Part shown: one piece after another, positions 1-9,663 of the stretch
How the letters are laid out: each line of letters opens with the position of its first letter
How positions within the stretch are numbered: the stretch's first letter is position 1
From: Dehalococcoidia bacterium
GTDB lineage: Bacteria; Chloroflexota; Dehalococcoidia; UBA2979
Length of the DNA: 64,000 nucleotides
Direction: 5' to 3'
NCBI GenBank assembly: GCA_965262725.1
Contig: OZ253555.1
Location: 3,008,001 to 3,072,000 of the forward strand
The notes under the pieces: generated by a model
The model's database searches: none
Seen by the model: only the letters and a program-made list of their open reading frames with translations
Told to the model about the DNA's origin: nothing
Translations under genes and position numbers: made by a program

Positions 1-1
1 C

Positions 2-961
2 GCAGCCGTCGTCCACGAGCCGGGGCCGCCCGAGGTCCTCCGCTACGAGGAGGTCGAGAACCCCTCCTGCCACCCGCGCGGCGTCGTGATCGAGGTCGAG
101 GCGGCGAGTATCGAGGGCGGGGATCTGCGGGCCCGCGCGCAGGGCCCGCTCCCACACACGCCCCACGTGGTGGGGTACCAGTGCGCCGGCGTCATCCGCG
201 AGGTCGGGGGGGCCGTCACCGAGCGCTCGGTCGGCCAGCGCGTGGTCGCCGTTTCGGGCGCAGGATCGCACGCCGAGCTTCGCTCGGTGCCTGCGCGCGC
301 GACCTGGGTGCTCCCGGACGGCCTGGGCACCGAGGAGGCGGCGTGCGTCCCCGTCCCCTTCGCCACGGCGCACGACTGCCTGCACGAGTTCGGACGCGTC
401 GTCTCCGGCGAGACGATCCTGATCCAGGGAGCGACCGGGGGCCTCGGCATCGCCGCCATCCAGATCGCGAAGGCGGCCGGCGCGACGGTGATCGGCACCT
501 CATCGAGCGAAGAGAAGCTCGAGCAGCTCGCCGAGTACGGCCTCGACCACGGGATCCCGACCACAGGCGACACCGTGGCCGCGGTTCGGGAGCTGACCGC
601 GGGGCGGGGCGTGGACCTTGTCATCGACCCGGTGGGCGGCGAGACGCTCCAGCGGAGCCTCGCCATGCTCGCCTACCGCGGGCGCGCCCTCACCGTCGGG
701 AACGCGAGCCGCGGGGAGAGCACGGTCGACGTCTCTCCCCTGATGAACGGCAACCGCACGCTCCAGGGCGTCTACCTCGCCGCGGAGCAGGGGGCGAACT
801 TCGCCCGCGTCGAGGCGCTCATCTCGGGGCTCCTTGCGCAGGTCGCGGCCGGGGAGCTCCGCGTCCTCATCGACCGCCGCTTCCCGCTCTCCGAGGCCGC
901 CCGCGCGCACGCCTACGCCGAGAGCCGCCGCGCCCTCGGGCGCGTGCTGCTGATCCCCTAG
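2..961 (+). CDS. Zinc-binding/MDR-family NADPH:quinone oxidoreductase, 5' end just outside the window
   Basis: Frame is open from base 2 (AAVVHEPGPPEVLRYEEVENP...); GroES-like N-domain, GATGGLG nucleotide-binding motif, C-terminal AHAYAESRRALGRVLL. Confidence 0.85.
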   Translation, partial: AAVVHEPGPPEVLRYEEVENPSCHPRGVVIEVEAASIEGGDLRARAQGPLPHTPHVVGYQCAGVIREVGGAVTERSVGQRVVAVSGAGSHAELRSVPARATWVLPDGLGTEEAACVPVPFATAHDCLHEFGRVVSGETILIQGATGGLGIAAIQIAKAAGATVIGTSSSEEKLEQLAEYGLDHGIPTTGDTVAAVRELTAGRGVDLVIDPVGGETLQRSLAMLAYRGRALTVGNASRGESTVDVSPLMNGNRTLQGVYLAAEQGANFARVEALISGLLAQVAAGELRVLIDRRFPLSEAARAHAYAESRRALGRVLLIP

Positions 962-969
962 CCGACCCC

Positions 970-1794
970 GTGAACCCGCCCGTGCCCCGCCGCGGCTACG
1001 CGCCGACGTCGCTCGGCCAGATCCACTATCAGGAGGTGCCGGGCCCCGCCGTGGCCCTGCCCGGGGCGGGCGACGCGCTCGTGCTCCTCCACCAGACGGC
1101 CGACTCCTCGGCCCAGTTCCAGGAGCTGCTCGGGGAGCTCTCGGGCCGCGTGCGCGCCCTGGCCCTGGACACGCCGGGCTACGGGCACTCCGACCCCATC
1201 CCCCCGGAGCTCGCGCCGCCCTCCATCCCGGACTACGCGCGCGCGGTGGCGGAGCTCCTCAAGGCACTCGCGGTGGGGAGAGCGGCCCTGGTCGGCACGC
1301 ATACCGGCGCCGCGATCGCACTCGAGCTCGCCGCCTCGCGGCCTCGGTTCGTCACGCGCCTCGTGCTCTCCGGGCTCCCCGACTACGAGCCCGACGAGAG
1401 GGAGGGGAAGATCGCAGGAGCCCACCCCGCGAGCCCGATGCCGGACGGTGCCCACCTGCTCCAGGCCTGGGAGCGCGCCGCCGATCCGATGTGGGGGCGC
1501 ACCTCGCTCGCTCAGGTCGCGCGCTCCGCCGTCGACTCCGTGCGCGCACTCCCCGACCGCCACCACGGCCCGCTCGCCGTCTTCCGCTACCACGCGCGGG
1601 AGCGCATCCCGCTCGTCCGGGCCCGGGCGCTCCTGCTCTACGGCGGGCACGACCCCTTCGCCGCCATCCAGCCCCGGCTTGCAGGGCTCTTCGCCGACGG
1701 CCGCTCAGAGCACATCGAGGGCGGTGGAGCCTCGCCGATGCAGCAGCGCCCGGCCGACTACGCAGGGCGGCTCCTCGCCTTCCTCACGGAGTAG
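970..1794 (+). CDS. Alpha/beta-fold hydrolase with a non-canonical nucleophile elbow (GTHTG)
   Basis: GTG at 970 in the 181..1794 frame; LVLLHQT, ALDTPGYGHSD, LVGTHTGAAIA motifs. Confidence 0.8.
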   Translation: MNPPVPRRGYAPTSLGQIHYQEVPGPAVALPGAGDALVLLHQTADSSAQFQELLGELSGRVRALALDTPGYGHSDPIPPELAPPSIPDYARAVAELLKALAVGRAALVGTHTGAAIALELAASRPRFVTRLVLSGLPDYEPDEREGKIAGAHPASPMPDGAHLLQAWERAADPMWGRTSLAQVARSAVDSVRALPDRHHGPLAVFRYHARERIPLVRARALLLYGGHDPFAAIQPRLAGLFADGRSEHIEGGGASPMQQRPADYAGRLLAFLTE

Positions 1795-1804
1795 GCCGTC
1801 GGGC

Positions 1805-3400
1805 TTACGCGCGCCCCTCCGGAGGGAAGGCCGGATCGCCGGTGAAGCCCTCGAGCGAGAGCTCGCGCAGCCTGAGGACGGCCTCACGCAGTGGCTTCAG
1901 GGACGGCGAGCCCTGGCCGCCCTGCTCCTCCATCCCCGGCGGGTATGGGGGCGCAGGCGACGCCGGGTCGAGCGGCGGCGCCTCCCACGGCGGGGCGAGC
2001 GCCTCCGCGCCGGCGGCGGCCCGCAGGAGCGTCGCCTCCTCGTGGCGGCGCCCCACCAGCTGCAGGCCGACCGGCAGCCCGGAGGGAGCGCCCGGGGCGG
2101 GGATGCGCCCCCAGGGGAGCGTCACCGCCGGCAGCCCCAGGAGGGAGGAGACGCGGTGCAGGTTGTGCCACTGCGGCCCGACCTCAAGCGGGCGGTCGCG
2201 CATCGCGCCGAAGCCGCCGTCGAGCCGGGTCGCCGCTGTCGCGGTCGAGGGCGAGGCGATGACGTCGACCTCGGAGAACGCCTCGTCGATTTCCTCTCCG
2301 ATGGCGCGGCGGGCGCGGAGGGCGAGCAGGTAGTCCTCGGCGGGGATCGCGCGATCGGCGGCGAGACGGGCTGCGAGTTGCCGCGAGTAGGGGGCGCCGC
2401 GGTCGAGGGTCGCGGCGTGGGCGGAGGCGACCTCGGAACGCATTATCGCGGTCGAGCAGGCCGCGGCGTACTCGGTGCGCGCGAGCGTGAGCTCGACGAC
2501 GGTGGCGCCGGCGTCCTCCATCGCCGAGACGGCCGAGCGCACGCGCGCGAGCACCGAGTCGTCGACCGTCCCCTCGGCATGGCGCCACGAGACGCCGACG
2601 CGAAGGCCACGGAGCCCCTCCGCGCCGCGGCCGCAGGCCGCGCCCATGCCGCGGAGCGGCTCGCCCGATGAGAAGGGGTCGCCCGGGTCGGCGCCGGAGA
2701 TCGCCTCGAGCACGAGCGCGGCGTCCTCGACGGAGCGGGCGAGGGGACCGACGTGGTCGAGCGACCACGAGTTCACGATCACACCGCGGCGGCTCACGCG
2801 GCCGAAGCTCCCGAGCAGGCCGACCAGGCCGCAGAAGGCCGCCGGGCGCCTCACCGAGGCGCCGGTCTCCGTGCCAAGCGCGGCGAAGGCGAGCCCCGCG
2901 GAGACGGCGGCCGCGGAGCCGCTGGAGGAGCCGTTGGTGGAGCGCATCAGATCCCAGGGGTTGCGCGCCGCGCCGAAGCCCGCCGACCAGAGCGAGCCGG
3001 CGATCGCGAACTCGTGGAGCAGGGTCTTCCCCACGAGCACCGCGCCCGCCTCGCGCTGGCGCGCCCAGCAGGTCGCGTCCTCCTCGGGCACCCAGCCGCG
3101 CAGCACCTCGGAGGCGGCGGTGGTCTCGACGCCCGCGGTCGCGATATTGTCCTTGAGCGCGACGGGTATCCCGTGGAGCGGCGATCGCGGGCCCGAGCGC
3201 GCGATCTCGCTCTCGGCGTCCGCCGCCTGCTTGAGAGCGAGCTCGGCCGGGACGGTAATGTAGGCGGCTAGGTGTCCGTTCAGCGCCTCGATGCGTTCGA
3301 GCGTCTGGCGGGTGAGTTCGACGGGGGAGATTTCGCGGGCGGCGATCTGCCGCGCGGCTTCGACCAACGTCAGGGTCGCGAGCTCCGGGTGGGCGTCCAT
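1805..3400 (-). CDS. Amidase-signature family protein (GatA/AtzE-like)
   Basis: LHGIPVALKDN, GSSSGSAAAV and GTETGASVRRPA (Ser-cisSer-Lys triad); ATG at 3400. Confidence 0.9.
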   Translation of the reverse strand: MDAHPELATLTLVEAARQIAAREISPVELTRQTLERIEALNGHLAAYITVPAELALKQAADAESEIARSGPRSPLHGIPVALKDNIATAGVETTAASEVLRGWVPEEDATCWARQREAGAVLVGKTLLHEFAIAGSLWSAGFGAARNPWDLMRSTNGSSSGSAAAVSAGLAFAALGTETGASVRRPAAFCGLVGLLGSFGRVSRRGVIVNSWSLDHVGPLARSVEDAALVLEAISGADPGDPFSSGEPLRGMGAACGRGAEGLRGLRVGVSWRHAEGTVDDSVLARVRSAVSAMEDAGATVVELTLARTEYAAACSTAIMRSEVASAHAATLDRGAPYSRQLAARLAADRAIPAEDYLLALRARRAIGEEIDEAFSEVDVIASPSTATAATRLDGGFGAMRDRPLEVGPQWHNLHRVSSLLGLPAVTLPWGRIPAPGAPSGLPVGLQLVGRRHEEATLLRAAAGAEALAPPWEAPPLDPASPAPPYPPGMEEQGGQGSPSLKPLREAVLRLRELSLEGFTGDPAFPPEGRA

Positions 3401-3482
3401 CGCCGGCGACGATAGCAGTTCGGCGCCCGAGGCGCCCCGCGCCCGGGGCGTCCTGAGGCGTATGCGGAGGGGGGCGGGGCCG

Positions 3483-4238
3483 ATGGCGGGGAGGCTCGAG
3501 GGTCGGGTCGCGATCGTGACCGGCTCGGCGGCGGGGATCGGGCTTGAGACCGCGCGGCTCTTCGCGCGCGAGGGGGCTCGGCTCGTGCTCGCCGACCGCA
3601 ACCGCGCAGGCGGGGAGCAGCAGGCGGCGGAGCTCTCCGCGGGCGGATCCGACGCCCTCTTCGTCGCGACCGACATCTCGCGAGCCTCCGACGTGGAGGC
3701 CCTGGTCCTAGCCTGCATGGAGCGGCACGGCCGGCTCGACGTGCTCGTCAACAACGCCGGCATCTACCCCCGCACCGGCCGCCTGCACGAGGTGTCGGAC
3801 CTGGAGTGGGACCTCACCGTCGGCACCAACCTGCGCGGCACCTTCCTCTGCTGCCGCGCCGCCATTCCGCACATGCTCGGCAGGGGCGGCGCGATCGTGA
3901 ACCTCTCCTCCGGCTCGGGCGTGCGTGGCTCTCCGCACGGCGCGGCCTATGGCGCGACCAAGGCAGGGATCCTCCACCTGACGCGCACGGCCGCGCTGGA
4001 GTACGCCGCGGACGGAATCCGCGTCAACGCGGTCGTACCGGGACTGACCGACACGGCGCAGGCGCGCGGATCGACGGGGAGCCGGGAGGCGTACGAGGCG
4101 TGGGAGCAGCGGCTGCCGCTCGGTCGCGCGGCCCGGCCCGAGGAGGTGGCGGCCGTGATCCTCTTCCTCGCCTCCGACGAAGCTTCCTACGTGACCGGCG
4201 CCGAGTACGTGGTCGACGGGGGCCGGACGGCCGGCTAG
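3483..4238 (+). CDS. Short-chain dehydrogenase/reductase (SDR)
   Basis: TGSAAGIG, NNAG, YGATK, IRVNAVVPG, YVTGAEYVVDGG. Confidence 0.92.
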   Translation: MAGRLEGRVAIVTGSAAGIGLETARLFAREGARLVLADRNRAGGEQQAAELSAGGSDALFVATDISRASDVEALVLACMERHGRLDVLVNNAGIYPRTGRLHEVSDLEWDLTVGTNLRGTFLCCRAAIPHMLGRGGAIVNLSSGSGVRGSPHGAAYGATKAGILHLTRTAALEYAADGIRVNAVVPGLTDTAQARGSTGSREAYEAWEQRLPLGRAARPEEVAAVILFLASDEASYVTGAEYVVDGGRTAG

Positions 4239-4259
4239 GGGCGACGGGGGAGGGGCGCG

Positions 4260-4502
4260 ATGGCGAGCGAATCGGCGCGGGCACTCGCGGAGAAGGCGAT
4301 CGCCGACTACGGCTTCCGCCAGGCGCTGCTGTGGGGCACCGACGAGGTGCTCGCCGCCTGGGCGCTCGAGCCGTCCGAATCCGAGGCGGTGCGCGAGCGG
4401 ATGCTGGCGGAGGTCGAGGAGCTGCCGGTCCCGGTCGAGCCCGCGGAGCGACCAGCGGTCCTCACCCGCCTGCTTCAGGCGATCGACGCGGCGGCGCCCT
4501 GA
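4260..4502 (+). CDS. Small hypothetical protein with an NHLP-leader/Os1348/LigA-like helical motif
   Basis: GGAGG RBS; KAIADYGFRQALL...LAAWALEPSE pattern. Confidence 0.55.
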   Translation: MASESARALAEKAIADYGFRQALLWGTDEVLAAWALEPSESEAVRERMLAEVEELPVPVEPAERPAVLTRLLQAIDAAAP

Positions 4503-4524
4503 CCGCACGGCTCGCGGCGCATGC

Positions 4525-5394
4525 TCAGGGCGGCGGCTCGAGGTCGTCGAGCCCGAAGGGAGCTGCGGCTCGCGCCGCGTTCGCGACGCGGATCGCGCGC
4601 GACACCTCCGTCACGTCGTGCACGCGCACGACGTGCGCTCCAGCCACCGCGGCGAGCACGTTGAAGGCGATCGTGGCGGCGAGGAGCGCGGGCGCGCGCT
4701 GCGTGTAGCCGACGCCGACGAGCTCGCCGAGGAACCCCTTGCGCGAGGCCGAGATCACGACCGGCCGCCCCGTCGCGCGGAGCGCCCGGACGGCGGCGAG
4801 GAGCCGCACGTTGTCTGCGGCCGAGCGGCCGAAGCCGAAACCGGGATCGAGCCACACGGCGGGGACGCCGGCCGCCTCCAGCTCGCGGGCGCGCCGCTCG
4901 AGGTCGGCGGTCACCTCGGAGGCGACGTCGTCGTAGTGCTGGTCGGCCTCGCCGTGACGCGTCGGCTCTCCCCGCATGTGCATCGCCAGGACCGGGAGCC
5001 GGTGCTCAACGGCGACCGAGGCCATCTCCGGGTCGCGGAGCCCGGTCACGTCGTTGAGCAGGTGGACCCCCGCCCCGGCGGCGGCGCGAGCCACCTCCGG
5101 CTTCCAGCTGTCGAGCGAGACCGCCACGCCCTCCCGCGCGAGCGCGTCGATCACCGGGCAGACCCGACCGATCTCCTCATCGAGTGGCGGCGCCTGACCG
5201 CCCGTGCGCGTCGAGTGCGCGCCGACATCGACGATCTCCGCACCCTCGGCGACCAGCCCGAGCGCGCGCTCAACGGCGCCACCGGGTTCGACGACGGAGC
5301 GCGCGACCGGCGAGTCAGGCGAGACGTTGACGATCCCCATCACCACCGTCCGCCCGGTCGCGTCGATCACATGCTCGCCCAGCGCAAGCCGCAT
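4525..5394 (-). CDS. folP: Dihydropteroate synthase
   Basis: MGIVNVSPDS, DVGAHSTR, LNDVTG, MHMRG, DPGFGF, SRKGFLG, RVHDV; ATG at 5394. Confidence 0.93.
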   Translation of the reverse strand: MRLALGEHVIDATGRTVVMGIVNVSPDSPVARSVVEPGGAVERALGLVAEGAEIVDVGAHSTRTGGQAPPLDEEIGRVCPVIDALAREGVAVSLDSWKPEVARAAAGAGVHLLNDVTGLRDPEMASVAVEHRLPVLAMHMRGEPTRHGEADQHYDDVASEVTADLERRARELEAAGVPAVWLDPGFGFGRSAADNVRLLAAVRALRATGRPVVISASRKGFLGELVGVGYTQRAPALLAATIAFNVLAAVAGAHVVRVHDVTEVSRAIRVANAARAAAPFGLDDLEPPP

Positions 5395-5402
5395 GACGGC
5401 GC

Positions 5403-6365
5403 CTACCCGTGCCCGGCGGGGGCACCGGCGCCGGCCTGCGGGGTCTCCCCGACCTCCGGCGGGGCGAGGAGGGTCGCGAGCGCGGCGGCGGTGTGGGGCG
5501 GATGCGCGAGGTCGAGCGCGAGCAGTTCGCGCCCAAGCGCGGCGTAGAGCGCCCGAAGCGACGGCTCCCGGGCGAGGGCCTCGAGGTGGCCGGCAACGGT
5601 CGGGATGTCGCCGCGCGCGAGGGGCCCCGTCAGGGCGGCCTCGAGCCCGACCGCGGGCGGGAGCTCCGCTACCGCGGAGGCGGCACCCGCGAGGAGCGGG
5701 CCGAGCGCCCGGGGAGCCTCCTGGACCGGGAGCCCGGCGAGCGCCCACGCGCGCGCGGCGGCAGCGGCGAGCGCCACCACGTCGTTCGACGCGAGCACGG
5801 CCGCCGCGTGATAGCAGGCGCGATCGATACCCTCCAGGCGGAGCGTGCGCTCCGCGCCGAGGTCTGCCGCCAGCGCCTCGAGCAGCGCGCCGAGATCGGA
5901 TCCATCCTCCTCGGCCGCCTCAACGCCGACGGCGATCCCCCTCAACCGCTCCGGGGAGCCCGCGGGATCGGGGAAGGCCTGCAGCGGGTGCAGACAGCCG
6001 AGCGCGACCCCCGAGGCGGCGAGCGGGGCGAGCGGGGCGAGGTCGAGCGCGCCGGCGCAGTGGACCGCCGCCTGTCCCCGCCTCCACGGGAGCGTGGCGG
6101 CAAGCGCGGCGACGGTGGCGTCGGGGACGGCGAGCAGCACGAGGTCGCTCTCCCGGACCACGTCCTCGGCCGACAGGGCGCTGGCGCCCGGGATCGCCCG
6201 CGCGAGCGCCTCGGCGCGCCCGGAGCCCCGGCCCGCGAGGGCCGTGACGCGGTAGCCGGCCGAGGTCATCCCGCGCGCGAGCGAGGCACCGAGGCGCCCG
6301 CAGCCGATGACGCCGACGGCGAGCTCTCGCCGCGCCGTGAAGCCGATCCGAGCGCTCTTCGCCAC
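5403..6365 (-). CDS. Rossmann-like + DUF2520 oxidoreductase (PanG-like ketopantoate reductase family)
   Basis: GCGRLG, LAVPD, HCAGA, LHPLQAF, YHAAAVLASN, ALTGPLARGD. Confidence 0.85.
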   Translation of the reverse strand: MAKSARIGFTARRELAVGVIGCGRLGASLARGMTSAGYRVTALAGRGSGRAEALARAIPGASALSAEDVVRESDLVLLAVPDATVAALAATLPWRRGQAAVHCAGALDLAPLAPLAASGVALGCLHPLQAFPDPAGSPERLRGIAVGVEAAEEDGSDLGALLEALAADLGAERTLRLEGIDRACYHAAAVLASNDVVALAAAAARAWALAGLPVQEAPRALGPLLAGAASAVAELPPAVGLEAALTGPLARGDIPTVAGHLEALAREPSLRALYAALGRELLALDLAHPPHTAAALATLLAPPEVGETPQAGAGAPAGHG

Positions 6366-6520
6366 GCGCCTTCCCTCCGCCGGCCGGCCGCGCCCTCGAT
6401 TCTAGCGGCGCGGGAGGGCGGCGCCCGCGCCGCCGCGGCCACACGCCCGGGTGGCGCGCACCCGCGGCCCTCCGTAGAGTCGGCGCGCGCCCGTGCGGCG
6501 CGCACGGCGGCGGGAGAGCG

Positions 6521-7297
6521 ATGTCCGAGGGGCTCCTGATCGGGATCGAGTTCACCGCGGACGAGCTGCGGCTCGCGCTCGCCGAGCCCGGCGGCGCCCC
6601 GCTCGGGGAGCCCCGCCGCTGGGCGCTCCCCGAGCTCCCGGACGAGGAGTCGTGGGCATGGGAGGTCGGCGGCCATATCGCCACCGCCTTCGCCGAGGAG
6701 GGGAGCGGGCGCTCGGCGCTCGCGATCGCGATGGCGGCGCCCGGAGCCGTCGACCCCGTCGCCGGGCAGCTGCTCGAGGGCGGCCAGAGCGGATGGGAGG
6801 GACTCTCCGTCGTCGAGGCGCTGCGTCGCCACATCGACGCCCCGGCCGCGGTCGAGAGCCGCGCGCACGCCGGCCTGCTCGGAGAGCGCGCGGAAGGCGC
6901 CGCCCGGGGCGCCGACAACGTGCTCTACCTGCTGCTGCGCGGCGAGCCCGCGGCGGCTGTGCTCACCGGAGGCCGCGCGCTGCGCGGCGCCCACGGACGG
7001 GCGGGGGCGATCCCCGCCGTCGCCGATCTCGACCCGGAGGAGCGCCTCGGCGGCGAGGCGCTGGAGGAGCTGGCGGTGCCGCTCGCCGACGCCGCCGCCC
7101 TGCTCGACCCGGAGCTCGTGGTCGTCGACGCGCCGACGCGACTGCGTGATCTGCTCATCCCGGTGCTCAAGCGGCTCACCGCCGACGTGGCGCCCGGCGC
7201 ACGCGTCGTGCCGGCGCTGCTCGGCGCCGACGCGCCGCTCACGGGGGCGCTCACCATGGCCGCGACGCTCGCCTACGAGTCGGGGCGCGAGGCGTGA
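6521..7297 (+). CDS. ROK family protein with degenerate motifs
   Basis: AAPGAVD, LRGAHGRAG, LLDPELVVV, LGADAPLTGA; no HTH and no Cys cluster. Confidence 0.75.
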   Translation: MSEGLLIGIEFTADELRLALAEPGGAPLGEPRRWALPELPDEESWAWEVGGHIATAFAEEGSGRSALAIAMAAPGAVDPVAGQLLEGGQSGWEGLSVVEALRRHIDAPAAVESRAHAGLLGERAEGAARGADNVLYLLLRGEPAAAVLTGGRALRGAHGRAGAIPAVADLDPEERLGGEALEELAVPLADAAALLDPELVVVDAPTRLRDLLIPVLKRLTADVAPGARVVPALLGADAPLTGALTMAATLAYESGREA

Positions 7298-7725
7298 GCC
7301 AGGCGGCGGGCGGCGGCGGGCGGGTGAACCGCATCCGGCTCTCGCTCGCGCCGGAGGAGACCGGGACGCTCCTCGGCGCCTGCGCCTGGGTGCTCGGCGC
7401 GCTCGAGATCCTGAAGGACCGCGGCCACGCCGCCGAACAGGAGGACCTCCACGAGCTCCACGACGGTCTGGCGCCGGCTGTGAACCGGCTCGCCGCCCTC
7501 GTCGGCGGGGCGCGCGGCGCGCTGGGAGCCGACCAGGAGACGCAGGAGGCGATCGAAGAGGCGTTCGGGCGCGTGCGCTCGGCCTTCGAGCGCTGGATCG
7601 AGGTGACGGCCGCCGACACGATGGCCGCCGCCCTGGAGCAGCGCCTCGAGGAGATCGACGGACAGGGGGGCGAGGTGCCCCGGGACGGAGACGCCGCGAC
7701 CGTGCCGGGAGGCGACGGGAGCTAG
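7294..7725 (+). CDS. Hypothetical acidic helical protein
   Basis: GTGA overlap with the ROK gene; codon usage matches neighbouring genes. Confidence 0.6.
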   Translation: MSQAAGGGGRVNRIRLSLAPEETGTLLGACAWVLGALEILKDRGHAAEQEDLHELHDGLAPAVNRLAALVGGARGALGADQETQEAIEEAFGRVRSAFERWIEVTAADTMAAALEQRLEEIDGQGGEVPRDGDAATVPGGDGS

Positions 7726-7765
7726 GCCGACCCCGGCGCGCGGTGCTCCGCCGACACACGAGAAG

Positions 7766-7786
7766 CGCCGGGCGGCGCGCCCGGCG
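7766..7786. terminator. GC-rich hairpin between convergent genes
   Basis: CGCCGGGCG-GCG-CGCCCGGCG inverted repeat. Confidence 0.35.
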
Positions 7787-9496
7787 TCAGGGCGAAACGT
7801 AGCGCGACGCCAGGGGGAACCGCCGGTCGCGGCCGAAGGCGCGCGGCGTGATCTTCACCCCGGGGGGCGCCTGGCGGCGCTTGTACTCGTTGCGGTCCAC
7901 GAGCTCGACGACCTGGCGCGCGGTCGCCTGGTCGTGGCCGGCCGCCACGATCTCGGCGACCGAGAGGTGGCGCTCCACATAGGCCTCGAGGATCGGGTCG
8001 AGCTCCTCGTACGGCGGCAGCGAGTCGGAATCGAGTTGGCCGGGCCGGAGCTCGGCGGAGGGCGGCTTCTCGATGGAGCTCCTCGGGATCACCGGCCTCC
8101 CCGATGCGTTGCGGTGGCGGGCGAGCTCGTAAACGAGCGTCTTCGGGACGTCCTTGATCACGGCGAAGCCGCCGGCCATGTCTCCGTAGAGCGTCGCGTA
8201 ACCGCAGGCGTACTCCGACTTGTTGCCGGTGGTCAGGACCAGGGCGTCGCTCGAGTTGGAGAGCGCCATGACCAGCATTCCCCGGATCCGCGCCTGCACG
8301 TTCTCTTCGGCGCTGCCCGTCCCGCCGCCGGCGAGTTCGTCGCGGAGAACCTCGAGCGCCCCCGCGTGCACCGACTCGATGGGGAGGGTGGCGAGCTCGA
8401 TGCCCAGGTTCGCGGCGAGCGCGCGCGCATCGGCGACCGAGCCCTCCGAGGAGTAGCGCGAGGGGAGCGCGACGCCGCGCACGTGCCGGGGCCCCAGCGC
8501 GTCCACGGCGACGGCCGCGACGAGGGCGGAGTCGATGCCGCCGGAGAGCGAGACGATCACCTCGCCGAAGCCGCACTTGCGCACGTAGTCGCGCGTGCCG
8601 ACCACCAGCGCGCGGTAGGTCTCCTCGAGTGGGCCGGGAGGCGCGGCTGCGGACCGCGGCGGGAGCGGAGGGAGCGGCGATGCCGGGCGGTCGCTCACCG
8701 TGAGCGCCCCCGCGGCGGGCGGGCGCTCCGGGAGCGGCACATCCACGAGCAGGAGATCCGTCTCAAGGAAGGCGCCGCGCGCGATGAGGCGGCCGGCCTC
8801 GTCGACCACGAGCGAGTTGCCGTCGAACACCAGCTCGTCCTGCCCCCCCACCTGGTTCACGTAGGCGACCGGCGAGCCGTGCCCGCGCGCGCGGTCGGCA
8901 GCGACTGAGAGCCGCTCCTCCGTCTTGCCGGCCCAGAACGGCGAGGCGTTGATGTTCACGATCAGCTGCGCGCCGGCGGCGCAGAGTGCTCCCACCGGTC
9001 CGTCCTCGTACCAGATGTCCTCGCAGACAGTGAGCCCAACCTGGGCTCCGCCGACGAGGAAGAGCGGCATCTCCTCGCCCGGGACGAAGTAGCGCGCCTC
9101 GTCGAAGACGCCGTAGTTGGGGAGCCGCTGCTTGCGGTAGCGCCCGACCACGCGGCCCCCGTGGAGGAGCGCTGCGGTGTTGTAGAGCGCGCCGACCGCC
9201 GAGCCGAACCGCGGCGAGTCCCCGGGATCGGGCGCGCCGACCACGAGCGGCGGGAGGCCCCTCGCGTCAGCGGCGAGCCGCGTGAGCGCACGCTCGGCGT
9301 CCGCGATGAACGCCGGGCGGAGCAGCAGATCCTCGGGCGGGTAGCCGGTGAGCGCGAGCTCGGGCGCGGCGACGAGCTGGGATCCCGCCGCCGCCGCTTC
9401 GCGAGCGGCGTCGAGCACGAGGCGAGCGTTGCCCTCGAAGTCGCCCACCGTGGTGTTGAGCTGTGCGAGCGCGAGCCGGAGAGTCGGCGCCGGCAT
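7787..9496 (-). CDS. nadE: Glutamine-dependent NAD+ synthetase
   Basis: Nitrilase domain (PELALTGY, KQRLPNY, VCEDIW) plus SLSGGIDS, ENVQARIRG, TGNKSE, PSAEL, EYKRRQAPPG. Confidence 0.96.
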   Translation of the reverse strand: MPAPTLRLALAQLNTTVGDFEGNARLVLDAAREAAAAGSQLVAAPELALTGYPPEDLLLRPAFIADAERALTRLAADARGLPPLVVGAPDPGDSPRFGSAVGALYNTAALLHGGRVVGRYRKQRLPNYGVFDEARYFVPGEEMPLFLVGGAQVGLTVCEDIWYEDGPVGALCAAGAQLIVNINASPFWAGKTEERLSVAADRARGHGSPVAYVNQVGGQDELVFDGNSLVVDEAGRLIARGAFLETDLLLVDVPLPERPPAAGALTVSDRPASPLPPLPPRSAAAPPGPLEETYRALVVGTRDYVRKCGFGEVIVSLSGGIDSALVAAVAVDALGPRHVRGVALPSRYSSEGSVADARALAANLGIELATLPIESVHAGALEVLRDELAGGGTGSAEENVQARIRGMLVMALSNSSDALVLTTGNKSEYACGYATLYGDMAGGFAVIKDVPKTLVYELARHRNASGRPVIPRSSIEKPPSAELRPGQLDSDSLPPYEELDPILEAYVERHLSVAEIVAAGHDQATARQVVELVDRNEYKRRQAPPGVKITPRAFGRDRRFPLASRYVSP

Positions 9497-9663
9497 CGGT
9501 CGCTCCCTCCATCCCGCCGGCCGGACCCGGCGCGATCAGGCTAGCAGTCGCGCCCCGCGGGCGCCGCCCGGGGACAGGCCACGCTCGCCCCCGGCTCGCG
9601 CCCGGTGCACACTCGGGTCCCCCGGCCCCCGGATCACCGGGGCCGCGGCTCCGAGGAGCGCCG

